From Bacteriovoracaceae bacterium (GTDB lineage Bacteria; Bdellovibrionota; Bacteriovoracia; Bacteriovoracales; Bacteriovoracaceae), in assembly GCA_048270185.1 (NCBI GenBank), contig JBLWTJ010000001.1:1312001-1376000 (forward strand): a stretch of DNA of 64,000 nt. The letters run 5' to 3'. The stretch's first letter is position 1. Each line of letters opens with the position of its first letter. The notes beneath the pieces are model-generated. The model searched no databases, was not told the origin of the DNA, and saw nothing but the letters and a program-made list of their open reading frames with translations. This document shows, one piece after another, positions 55,682-64,000 of the stretch. The position numbers and the translations under genes were made by a program.

Positions 55682-57523
55682 CTAATCTTCTGATAAGTAC
55701 TCTGTTCCAAGGTGAGAAAAACTCGTCCACGGAAAGATATCAGAAACGACTTCTTTAACGCTTGAGTTAATATCACCAGTATCTTCAATGAGAATCTGTG
55801 TATTCTTAAGTTCTGTAAAAATATTCTCAACAGCTGATGAGACAATGCCAAAAACAGAGAGACTCTTGCGATTAAAAGTCATCGAACTATTTAGTGCTTT
55901 AAAATGCTCTTTAAAGTCACATACGTAAACACAATTACTCTCAACAGAATCACCAGGACTATAAACTTTAAGGTTTGAAATTTCTTTAAACTCTTCACTA
56001 ATCATATCAAGAAAATTTCCGTTTCCTTCAAAGAAGATAAACGCTGGAGGTTGATCACCTCTAAGCTCTTTAAGAGTTGCAATAATTTTCTTCTTATCAC
56101 TAAAACTACCAACAAAGTAGCGAGCTTTATTTTGAACGTTTTTAATATCAAAGCTCTTTTGAAATGAACGATCAATTGAAGGTGTAACCGGCTTCGCATT
56201 TAGGAAGGCCATTTTAATCTTGTTCTTAATCTCTTCTGAGCGTTCAGCTAAATTATTTAGAGCTGGCTTTTCAACAAAGTCACATGCTCCATTATTTAGA
56301 GTTTCCTGTGCATATCTTGTGTCCTCACGACTAGCACTTGAAACAACAATAACGTGTGGGTGGCCCATACGATAATTCTTTTTGAGATATTCAACACCAT
56401 CCATCTCTGGCATGTGAATATCTAAAGTCATAGCATCGACTTTATTAGTCTTTAAAAACTCCATGGCCTCAAGGCCATTTGTTGCAGTTCCTACAAGTTC
56501 AAAGTCTTCATCTTTCTCAAATATCTTAGATAAGAGCTTCACAACACTGGAACTATCATCAACAACAAGCATACGAATTGGCTTTGGAATAGTTGGCATT
56601 GCAAAAACTGGTCTTGATGTTACTGTTGGCCTAGCAATTTCAAGTGCAGGCTTAGCAGCAGCTCTTGCAGGATCAAAACAGTAAACACTTGGCGATAGAG
56701 TTTGCTTTTCAACTTTTAAAGATTTTAGTGACTCACTAATACCCGTAAAGAAAAGTGCATTCTTATGAAGATATTTTTTGAAGTTTGTTACAATTTTTTC
56801 AATACTCGCTTGATCAAAGTAGATAAAAACATTTCGACAAAAGATAATATCAAATTTCTTACCATGGACTAAGTATCTTTCTGGGTGAAGAAGGTTCATT
56901 ACACCAAATTCACAATTCTCTTTTATATTGGTATTAACTTTGGCAAACTTAGAAATCTCACCAGAACCTCTAAGCCAATTTCCCGTTAAATAAATTGTTG
57001 GAATGGTCTTAATTTGACTATAGCGATAGACACCATTTCTTGCTACTTTCACACTTTCTGGATCAATATCTGTTCCAACGATTTCATATTTCATTCCTGG
57101 ATAATTCTTTAGGTGATGATCAAAGAACATAGCTAGAGAATAAACTTCTTGCCCTCGGCTACAAGCGGCTGAAAGAACTCTTATAGTTGAATCACCACGA
57201 GCACGAGTATTTTCAACAATACTATCGAGGTTACGTAAAAGATATTCAAAATGAGTGAACTCTCTAAAGAAGAAAGTATGGTGAGTTGTTAACATGGAAA
57301 TAAGTTGTGAAGATTCTTTCTCATAATTCTTCGTTAAGTATTCAAAGTAAGCTTCAGGAGACAGTCCACCTAGAGTCATCAATCTTCTTTTAAGTCGACT
57401 CACAACCATTGACTGTTGAGCATCACCAAGGACATTTCCACTCTCCTTAGCAACTAATTCCGAAACGTAATTAGCTAGGCTCACAATATTCCAATCATTA
57501 CTCTGCTTTAAAACTCCACTCAC
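55682..57523 (-). CDS. CheR methyltransferase - receiver - degenerate CheB-like domain fusion
   Basis: CheR motifs (TFFFRE, SAACSRGQEVYSLA, FCRNVFIYF), a CheB-type REC domain (VVDDS, LDIHMPEMDG, FVEKP) and a C-terminal domain without GASTGG/QHM. Confidence 0.85.
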   Translation of the reverse strand: MSGVLKQSNDWNIVSLANYVSELVAKESGNVLGDAQQSMVVSRLKRRLMTLGGLSPEAYFEYLTKNYEKESSQLISMLTTHHTFFFREFTHFEYLLRNLDSIVENTRARGDSTIRVLSAACSRGQEVYSLAMFFDHHLKNYPGMKYEIVGTDIDPESVKVARNGVYRYSQIKTIPTIYLTGNWLRGSGEISKFAKVNTNIKENCEFGVMNLLHPERYLVHGKKFDIIFCRNVFIYFDQASIEKIVTNFKKYLHKNALFFTGISESLKSLKVEKQTLSPSVYCFDPARAAAKPALEIARPTVTSRPVFAMPTIPKPIRMLVVDDSSSVVKLLSKIFEKDEDFELVGTATNGLEAMEFLKTNKVDAMTLDIHMPEMDGVEYLKKNYRMGHPHVIVVSSASREDTRYAQETLNNGACDFVEKPALNNLAERSEEIKNKIKMAFLNAKPVTPSIDRSFQKSFDIKNVQNKARYFVGSFSDKKKIIATLKELRGDQPPAFIFFEGNGNFLDMISEEFKEISNLKVYSPGDSVESNCVYVCDFKEHFKALNSSMTFNRKSLSVFGIVSSAVENIFTELKNTQILIEDTGDINSSVKEVVSDIFPWTSFSHLGTEYLSED

Positions 57524-57580
57524 AAATGGCCCCCAAAATCCTCTTTAAAATCGTGACTATTACGATAGTAACAGTAGTCC

Positions 57581-57608
57581 CTTTCGGTCGACAGAAGTAA
57601 AGTCTTTA
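57581..57608 (-). promoter_or_regulatory. Putative sigma-28 promoter for the cheR fusion
   Basis: TAAA-N16-ACCGAAAG upstream of a chemotaxis gene. Confidence 0.45.
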
Positions 57609-57709
57609 CAATATTCTCAATTACTTAGGTAGTTTTTTTGAAGTTAAAAGAAAGTTACTTGAGTTTGTTTATTTAAGTATTAGAAACCTCGTAAAAAGTG
57701 ATAGAAAAT

Positions 57710-58603
57710 TTAATTACAGGACGGATACTTCTTTTTTATCGTAGCTATTACTTGAGCTTTTTTCCCACCCATTATCGTCTTTCCGGTTTTAGAATCTTTT
57801 ATTGGATACGGTTCTCTTAAAACTGACCAATACGCCGCCGCTCCTTTCTTTTCACTACAGGAAATACATCCATCACGATGAGTAAGTTGGTCGATAATCG
57901 CAAATCCACAGGCCAAATTCTTTCTTGGAATAAATAAGTCCTTTGGATGCTCTTTTCTAATTGGACAACCTCTTTTTACATAAGCCGCTTGAGTTGCAGA
58001 CCCAATCGAGAGCTGGAGCATGCCTTTTGAAACGACACCCTTTAAACTTTTAGAAGTTCGACTTTCATCGTAGACTGTCGCTGATTTAAAATTCGATTCA
58101 TACTTTGCCATCGATGTCACCAAATGGGCCCAGAACTTTCTCTTACCCTTATTGTCCAGTTTTTCATATTTTGGACAAAAGGTTTTAATGTCTTTAGGAG
58201 CCTTCTTTAGAAAAAGTGCACCTTGAAAATCTTTCTCCATAATATCCAAATTAAGGGCCAGAGTTTCATCATAATTTTTAGGGTTCTCTCCAACAGCAAC
58301 TTCTTTAGCAGGGTCAGCTTTTACAATTTTTTTAGGTGGTAAAACGTCATTTAAAAATTCAAACTCTTCTTCATCCAATTTATTTCCTAAACCTCTTTCA
58401 AACTTTGAAACACGTTTCTTAGTTCTAGTATCAACGCAATCCCCTGTTGGAGACTGAGTTGCTTCACTCAATGCCTGTGGAACCTTAGGAATCATATCAA
58501 CAGTATTTTTAAAATCTTCAAAGGGAATATACATTAGACTTGCCATTGCGAATGTCGAAAGATTGAAAATAGCTAATATAGATATAATAAGAACTTTAAA
58601 CAT
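57710..58603 (-). CDS. Secreted lysozyme-like/SLT-fold protein (DslA-like)
   Basis: Signal peptide, FW..MAKYESNF, GMLQLS, NLACG and YWSVLR. Start ATG 58603 after GGGGG. Confidence 0.75.
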   Translation of the reverse strand: MFKVLIISILAIFNLSTFAMASLMYIPFEDFKNTVDMIPKVPQALSEATQSPTGDCVDTRTKKRVSKFERGLGNKLDEEEFEFLNDVLPPKKIVKADPAKEVAVGENPKNYDETLALNLDIMEKDFQGALFLKKAPKDIKTFCPKYEKLDNKGKRKFWAHLVTSMAKYESNFKSATVYDESRTSKSLKGVVSKGMLQLSIGSATQAAYVKRGCPIRKEHPKDLFIPRKNLACGFAIIDQLTHRDGCISCSEKKGAAAYWSVLREPYPIKDSKTGKTIMGGKKAQVIATIKKKYPSCN

Positions 58604-58723
58604 CTGATGTGTCCCCCACAAATATCCATAAAATATATTAACACCCAACAATATCACCTAAATGGGAAATATTTAAACTAAACATATTTACAAGGACTTA
58701 CCGAAGAAATTTCTTATTTTTTG

Positions 58724-58750
58724 AAAAAAAAAAGCCCTCAAAAAGAGGGC
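58724..58750 (-). terminator. Rho-independent terminator
   Basis: GCCCTC..GAGGGC stem with a T10 tract on the minus strand. Confidence 0.75.
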
Positions 58751-58778
58751 ACTTTGAAGTCATATTTGAATTTAGATC

Positions 58779-60161
58779 TTATCTTTCATCTAATTTATGC
58801 TCAAGCTTAAGCTTTTGTCTGATTGTCTTTTTGATACTTTCATTAACAGTTAAGCTCATACTTGAAATAAGTCTACGAACCATATAAGAAGGCATTGGCT
58901 CGAGATTGGCCATATTATCTTTAGCTGTTTGATACTCATCACTTGTTACAACAGCACTCTCATTATATGGAATATAATTGAATACTAATTCTTCAATCTT
59001 CTCAACTCTTGTCGAAGGACGAGGGTGAGTTGAATTTAGCAGTTCAACAAAATTTTCATTTCTTTCAGGCATCTGTGCAAAGAACTTAGAAAGACCATAT
59101 GGAGAATAACCAGCGGCATAAGCATATTGAACACCAAGCTTATCTGCTTCAAGCTCTTGTAGACGGCTAAATCCCATTAGTGGAATATCTTCAATTTTGT
59201 CGTAGATATAATATGCTGCTGCTCCACCAAGGATACCAAAGTTTGCCCACACAAGCCCTGCACCAATATACTTAGTAGCAATTGATTTAAGACTTCTAGT
59301 TACTGACTCAGTACCATGTCTTTCTGTTACGTGTGACCACTCATGCCCTAGAACACCAGCTAGCTCTGCTTCAGTTTCAAGAGATTCAATTAGACCTCTA
59401 AAGACAAAAACATATCCACCTGGAAGTGCAAATGCATTCTCAATTGGAGCGTTTACAAAGTAAACCTTAGGTTCAATATCTGGTGAATCTGAAGCTTTGG
59501 CAATTTTAACAAGCATTGATTGTAGGTGCTCTGCCATCTCTCCATCTGCATAAATATAATCACGCATTGAAGCGATTAGATCTTCAGCAGCCGACTTACC
59601 TAAAGAAACATCAGTCTTATACTTGAAGAAGTTCTTTCCAAAACCGTTCTTTAAACGACGATCACCAATTTTTGAATAATTCTTTGATTTACCAACAAGT
59701 TTACAAGAAGATAAACTCTTAAACTTCGACATATCGATGATTAACTCACTTCCATTAACTTTGAAATCAACTGTATTTGTACAGCTAGTAAGTTTAAACT
59801 TCTTACCTTGTAATTTAACAGAACCAATTTTCTTTACATCATACGTTTGAGCTTTCTTATTAACGTTTTCAAGCTCAAAACTCATGTTGATTTCTGTAGC
59901 TGCTAAGTCATTAGCACTATTTGCATAAAAATCTTTTGCGTGATTGTATTCAAGATTGAATTTAACTTTTGATGGATACACTGGCTTAATATCAAAGCTT
60001 TCACCTGAAGTTCCAGATAACTTTAATACCGATTTATTAACCTTAATTTGTCCCGTGATAGCATCATCATTTAGACTGTGGACAAATTTAACTTTTGATA
60101 TTTTTTCTACATCACAAGATACTAGTAAACCTAGCATTAGTAGAAAGCTTAAACTCTTCAT
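58779..60161 (-). CDS. Lipoprotein with M48 metallopeptidase domain
   Basis: Lipobox LVSC, NAFALPGG, HEWSH, FSRLQELEAD and STHP. Confidence 0.9.
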   Translation of the reverse strand: MKSLSFLLMLGLLVSCDVEKISKVKFVHSLNDDAITGQIKVNKSVLKLSGTSGESFDIKPVYPSKVKFNLEYNHAKDFYANSANDLAATEINMSFELENVNKKAQTYDVKKIGSVKLQGKKFKLTSCTNTVDFKVNGSELIIDMSKFKSLSSCKLVGKSKNYSKIGDRRLKNGFGKNFFKYKTDVSLGKSAAEDLIASMRDYIYADGEMAEHLQSMLVKIAKASDSPDIEPKVYFVNAPIENAFALPGGYVFVFRGLIESLETEAELAGVLGHEWSHVTERHGTESVTRSLKSIATKYIGAGLVWANFGILGGAAAYYIYDKIEDIPLMGFSRLQELEADKLGVQYAYAAGYSPYGLSKFFAQMPERNENFVELLNSTHPRPSTRVEKIEELVFNYIPYNESAVVTSDEYQTAKDNMANLEPMPSYMVRRLISSMSLTVNESIKKTIRQKLKLEHKLDER

Positions 60162-60324
60162 AATTCTTCTCCTTCTCTTTAATCCTTTTCTACTACCCCG
60201 AAGCCAAATTGGTGTCTATGAATGTGTAATAACGACATAGTAATAAGTGGCAAGGCTGTCCTATCGAGTAAATTTTATCGATATAAATGGTATAATCAGT
60301 GGTGAGATGAATGAGGTAACAGAT

Positions 60325-60789
60325 ATGTTTAAAAGAACTCTAAGTAACTATAAATACATTATTATATTATGTGCTACATTAACCATGGCCCAAGAAAGGC
60401 GTGATTTTCTGGCCACGGCCTTTCAAAAGAAGGGAGAATACAAAACTGTAGCAAAGAACTCAGACTTTTGTTTTGATGGCGAGCTCACATTTCTTAATTC
60501 GGGTAATAAGAACGATGGACTAAGACTTGGTCAGAGAATTTTCTTCGGTCCATTTACTAAAGAAGCAAAGATTCTAAAAGAGTCAAATGGTTGCACTTAT
60601 TCAAAAAGTTTCACTTACACAAATAATTCTGTTGTCCAAACTTCAAGTGTCAAAGGTTGTCCAAAGAAAGAAAGAACAAAAGATAGTATAGCCACTCAGT
60701 CTCTTACTTTTACTAAAAGTGGATTAATCTATATATCGAAAGAATCGAAGATCAAGTGTACATATGAGAAAGTAAAAGGAGGGCAATAA
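60325..60789 (+). CDS. Exported hypothetical protein
   Basis: ATG 60325 after GAGG; signal peptide, 4 Cys, coupled to the next gene. Confidence 0.65.
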   Translation: MFKRTLSNYKYIIILCATLTMAQERRDFLATAFQKKGEYKTVAKNSDFCFDGELTFLNSGNKNDGLRLGQRIFFGPFTKEAKILKESNGCTYSKSFTYTNNSVVQTSSVKGCPKKERTKDSIATQSLTFTKSGLIYISKESKIKCTYEKVKGGQ

Positions 60790-61592
60790 TGAAGTCCTTA
60801 ATTTGCTTACTCCTTCTTATTGGTTTTAATTACACATACGCCCAGGGAAAAGAAAAAGAGATTGCCGACTTCATGGAAGAAGTTAATGAGATGATCAATG
60901 ATATCGAAGTAAAAGACCCTGTCGAAGACCCATGTCATGAGTGTAATGTTGAAGATAACTATGTTGAAATCAACGATCCCCTACCAACGACTTATGTAAC
61001 TGGTAAAAAGTTCTTTAATGAAAGATGTGAAAAGTTCATTACAAAGACAGGTCAAGAAGGAGAATGGGGAAAGAAGATAACGAAGTATATTGATGAAACT
61101 CCAGGGGCCAAAGAAATTTATCTCTATGATGAAATTGTTGGTATGACGGCCAAGCCATATACATGCCCTAATTGGTACAAGCTTAATGATGATCAACGAA
61201 AGAGATTTTGGATTTGGATGTTTGCTTCTATTGCCCAAGTCGAATCATCATGCGATACCGATGTTGTTAATCTAGGTCCAGTTCCAGATCCGACGGATCG
61301 ACCAACAGGACTCTTTCAACTTAATCAAAATTATACTGGTCGATATTGGCGTGGAGAAAACTGTAAGTTTAACACAGGCTACATTGAAACGATTGATGTG
61401 GACAACCAAATTAATTGCTCAATGGATATTATGATGGAAGTTATAAAGGGCAAGAAAGGAATGTACAAAGGTAATGGACGAATCTTTCCAACAAACTCTT
61501 ATTGGGAAAAATTGAGACCAGGTCATAGTTCAACAGGAGGCCCAATTGGAGAGCTTGTTAGACAATACCCTCCTTGTAATGCCACACCTTAA
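60789..61592 (+). CDS. Secreted lysozyme-like/SLT-fold protein
   Basis: CP.W..L..RFW..IAQVESSC, GLFQL, QINC and YWEKLR. Paralogous pattern to 57710-58603. Confidence 0.65.
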   Translation: MKSLICLLLLIGFNYTYAQGKEKEIADFMEEVNEMINDIEVKDPVEDPCHECNVEDNYVEINDPLPTTYVTGKKFFNERCEKFITKTGQEGEWGKKITKYIDETPGAKEIYLYDEIVGMTAKPYTCPNWYKLNDDQRKRFWIWMFASIAQVESSCDTDVVNLGPVPDPTDRPTGLFQLNQNYTGRYWRGENCKFNTGYIETIDVDNQINCSMDIMMEVIKGKKGMYKGNGRIFPTNSYWEKLRPGHSSTGGPIGELVRQYPPCNATP

Positions 61593-61599
61593 TCTTAAA

Positions 61600-62343
61600 T
61601 TAATCAGCTAAAATTTTCGCAATAAAGGCAGTCTTACCATCTGACTGCCTAATTCCCTTATAAACAATATCATATCCTACTTCAGCTGCTTCGATCCTTG
61701 CTCGCTGTACTTCAATCTCATCACCGAGGTGAGTTTCGGCAAGAAAGTTAATTTCAAATTCTTTAAGGTTTGCTGTTTTATGTAGTTGAATTGGAATCGA
61801 ATCTAAAATCCACTGCGAATACTTTGTATTATTAACGTGCATATTTAAATCGAGATCACTATTACGTACTGTAATCGTATTAATTGTCTCAAAGTTATCT
61901 CGAGACTCGACCTTATGAGCTATATAATCAAGATGATAGTCAGTTCGAGCATTAATTCTCTCTTTTGCAAACTCTGGCTTTTTCACTTTTCTAGTAACGC
62001 CATCAAGTATCATCCAAACCGTCGAACAATCCCCTATCTTCTCACCATTGTGAAAAATTTCAAAGTCGCGAAAAGCATACATACCTTCAGGGTTTCGCGA
62101 CCAAGTTTGTATCTCAATCTCTTCATTCCAACCAGGAAAACGATCCATGCGAAGCTTCTGTCTTACCAAAACCCAAAAGGACTGTTCCGCAATCATCTGC
62201 TCAAGGCCAAAACCTGCCTCCTGAGCGTGAAGGGTTGCGATATCCTGTAGATAACCTAATAATCCATAGAGACCTAATCTGTGGTTAATATTCACATTAG
62301 AAATGCTGATTTTATATTTCTTCTTAAAAATAGGATCTTTCAT
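61600..62343 (-). CDS. Acyl-ACP thioesterase
   Basis: LQDIA..HA, FWVL and DLDLNMHVNNTKY (double hotdog fold). Confidence 0.9.
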   Translation of the reverse strand: MKDPIFKKKYKISISNVNINHRLGLYGLLGYLQDIATLHAQEAGFGLEQMIAEQSFWVLVRQKLRMDRFPGWNEEIEIQTWSRNPEGMYAFRDFEIFHNGEKIGDCSTVWMILDGVTRKVKKPEFAKERINARTDYHLDYIAHKVESRDNFETINTITVRNSDLDLNMHVNNTKYSQWILDSIPIQLHKTANLKEFEINFLAETHLGDEIEVQRARIEAAEVGYDIVYKGIRQSDGKTAFIAKILAD

Positions 62344-62437
62344 ACGTAATATTTAAGCAAAATTGCACTCGTTTTGGCCAGTGTCTAAATGTTGAACACT
62401 ATCTATGGCATTTTTGCATGGTTCCTAGCCTTTTTTT

Positions 62438-62453
62438 TGGCATATCAGTTGCA
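62438..62453 (+). promoter_or_regulatory. Putative sigma-54 promoter
   Basis: TGGCATATCAGTTGCA has exact GG-N10-GC spacing and lies ~33 bp upstream of ATG 62487. Confidence 0.65.
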
Positions 62454-62486
62454 ACTAAGAATATGTACAAATTCTTGGGAGGAATT

Positions 62487-63905
62487 ATGAAAGCTTGTTA
62501 CAAAAAGCTATTTGTTATGAGTGCACTATTTTTAGCGAGTGGCTATGTTCACAATGAACTTAAAATGCCAACGAGTCACAATCTAGGACACTTTCGTGAA
62601 ATAGCGACGGAGGTTACACCTGCGAAAACGTCACAGAGTATTTCAGTAACGACTTACCAAACACATCAAAAAGGTATTTTCGACTTATGGTTTGATTCGG
62701 CCAAATTATTTGGAAAAGTAGTCAATGTCACAAAAGTTGAAATTTCAAATACAGATAAAAATCTAATTAATGATTATAAAGAGCTCACAAAACGCTTTAG
62801 TGATCTTCAAAAGAAATCTGATACGCTAACAGATGAGCTTGTTAAAAGCAGCGAAGAAATTTCTAAACTAAAAGAACAACTAGCTGATATGAAAGAGCCT
62901 CAATCAGATGATGTTGACGATAATATTCGTCAAGAAAAAATTGCAGCTCTTGAAGAACTTATTGCTCAAAGAACTGCAGAACTTGAAACAGCAAAAGAAG
63001 CTATTTCAAAGTTTGAAGAAACAAAAGAGAACCTTAAGGCCATTAGTGAAAAACTTGCTGGACTTGAGGAAGAGAATGAAAGTTTAAAACTTGAGAATGA
63101 AAAACTTGTCTGTGAGTTAAAGAATGCACAATCAAAAGTTGAGACAGAAGAAATAAAGCGTCTTCAAGATGAGCTTGCAAAAATAACAGCTGAACTTGAT
63201 GAGTATAAGAACTCTCAAGACGATGATAAAGATTCAGATAAAGTAGCTGATAATGTCGAAGATGATAAAGACAAAAGCGAAGACGATGATAAGAAAGATG
63301 ACAAGGATGACAAGGATACTAAAGTCGTAAGATCAAAAGATGACAAGAAAGACAAAGATGATAAAGATGAAAATGATGAAGTAACCCAAGCTGCCCTCGC
63401 ACTTGTTGAATATATCAACACAATGAAGGAGCAAATGGCAGCTCAACGCCAACAGCAAGAATTAATGATGATTAAGCAATTAATTAATCCAATGGCACAA
63501 GCTTACACACAGCCACAAATTAATTCTTACTTTGGGACAACAGATGCATTCAACTTAAGAAATCAAACATATCTTGATATGTTAATGGAGTTAAATCAGC
63601 AATCGAATGTTATTGGAAGCCTTAATCAACAGAATAACTGGAATTATGGTTACAAGGACTACTACGGCGCAAATGCACAAAACTACCGCATTAGTGAAGT
63701 AATGCCTTGGGGAACTCACCTCAATGCTGACCAAGCAATGCAAACACAAAACTATGATTACAGCCGTTACGGCTATAGCTGGGGCTCACAAATCCCTACT
63801 CAGAACTTTAATATGGGATTAAATACTGCTAGTACTTCCCCTATTATGGGCAACTATCAAGCATCGCAAAATATAACAAATACAGGTGACTTCAGACTTT
63901 TCTAA
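62487..63905 (+). CDS. Exported coiled-coil protein with D/K-rich linker and Q/N/Y-rich tail
   Basis: GGAGG RBS, N-terminal hydrophobic segment, coiled coil, DDK repeats and a low-complexity tail. Confidence 0.75.
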   Translation: MKACYKKLFVMSALFLASGYVHNELKMPTSHNLGHFREIATEVTPAKTSQSISVTTYQTHQKGIFDLWFDSAKLFGKVVNVTKVEISNTDKNLINDYKELTKRFSDLQKKSDTLTDELVKSSEEISKLKEQLADMKEPQSDDVDDNIRQEKIAALEELIAQRTAELETAKEAISKFEETKENLKAISEKLAGLEEENESLKLENEKLVCELKNAQSKVETEEIKRLQDELAKITAELDEYKNSQDDDKDSDKVADNVEDDKDKSEDDDKKDDKDDKDTKVVRSKDDKKDKDDKDENDEVTQAALALVEYINTMKEQMAAQRQQQELMMIKQLINPMAQAYTQPQINSYFGTTDAFNLRNQTYLDMLMELNQQSNVIGSLNQQNNWNYGYKDYYGANAQNYRISEVMPWGTHLNADQAMQTQNYDYSRYGYSWGSQIPTQNFNMGLNTASTSPIMGNYQASQNITNTGDFRLF

Positions 63906-63933
63906 TCCTCCCCCCCTAAGAAAGTTTGTACGC

Positions 63934-63961
63934 AAAGGCCGACTCCCCCAGTCGGCCTTTT
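63934..63961 (+). terminator. Rho-independent terminator
   Basis: AAAGGCCGACT-CCCCC-AGTCGGCCTTT-T. Confidence 0.85.
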
Positions 63962-64000
63962 CACTTTTCTGGTATATTTTGCCCTTTTTAACTAAACTAA

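Noticed and set aside
2413..63421. Numerous 60-130 aa ORFs nested in or antisense to long genes
   Set aside because: Shadow ORFs without RBS or recognisable motifs, overlapping well-supported genes.

Overview
An AT-rich, mostly core-genome chromosomal window. It most likely comes from a predatory Bdellovibrionota bacterium of the Halobacteriovorax/Bacteriovorax type; this is inferred from a DgcB-like FHA-GGDEF protein, DslA-like lysozymes, many secreted hydrolases and the gene order. Recognisable blocks are: ftsE-ftsX-envC-ctpA-xseA-histidine kinase; sppA-lapB-(3 unknowns)-tolQRAB; rlmN; two acyl-CoA dehydrogenases; pgi; dgcB-mutL-miaA-ppsR; rpsU; rarA; lpdA with an E2 acyltransferase; tRNA-Gly(GCC); and tandem secreted nucleases. 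Five observations stand out. (1) An ~4 kb AT-rich island (18.56-22.63 kb) holds a RAYT-type HUH/Y1 transposase bracketed by 18-bp inverted repeats, with a third copy of the repeat delimiting a cassette-like gene and two paralogues that share a constant 5' end but have divergent 3' ends. (2) Two structurally related ~90-bp double-hairpin elements each abut a duplicated 3' end of a host gene: an acyl-CoA dehydrogenase, whose two 46-bp copies differ only at synonymous positions, and tRNA-Gly, where the unit is a 98-bp tandem repeat. (3) Two genes appear to start at ATC. (4) Several proteins look like pseudoenzymes: a bEBP, CheB, an M48 peptidase, a GH35-like protein and the MutL endonuclease domain. 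(5) Three small ORFs with strong RBSs are missing from the ORF track. All calls come from motif recognition by eye; no searches were run.
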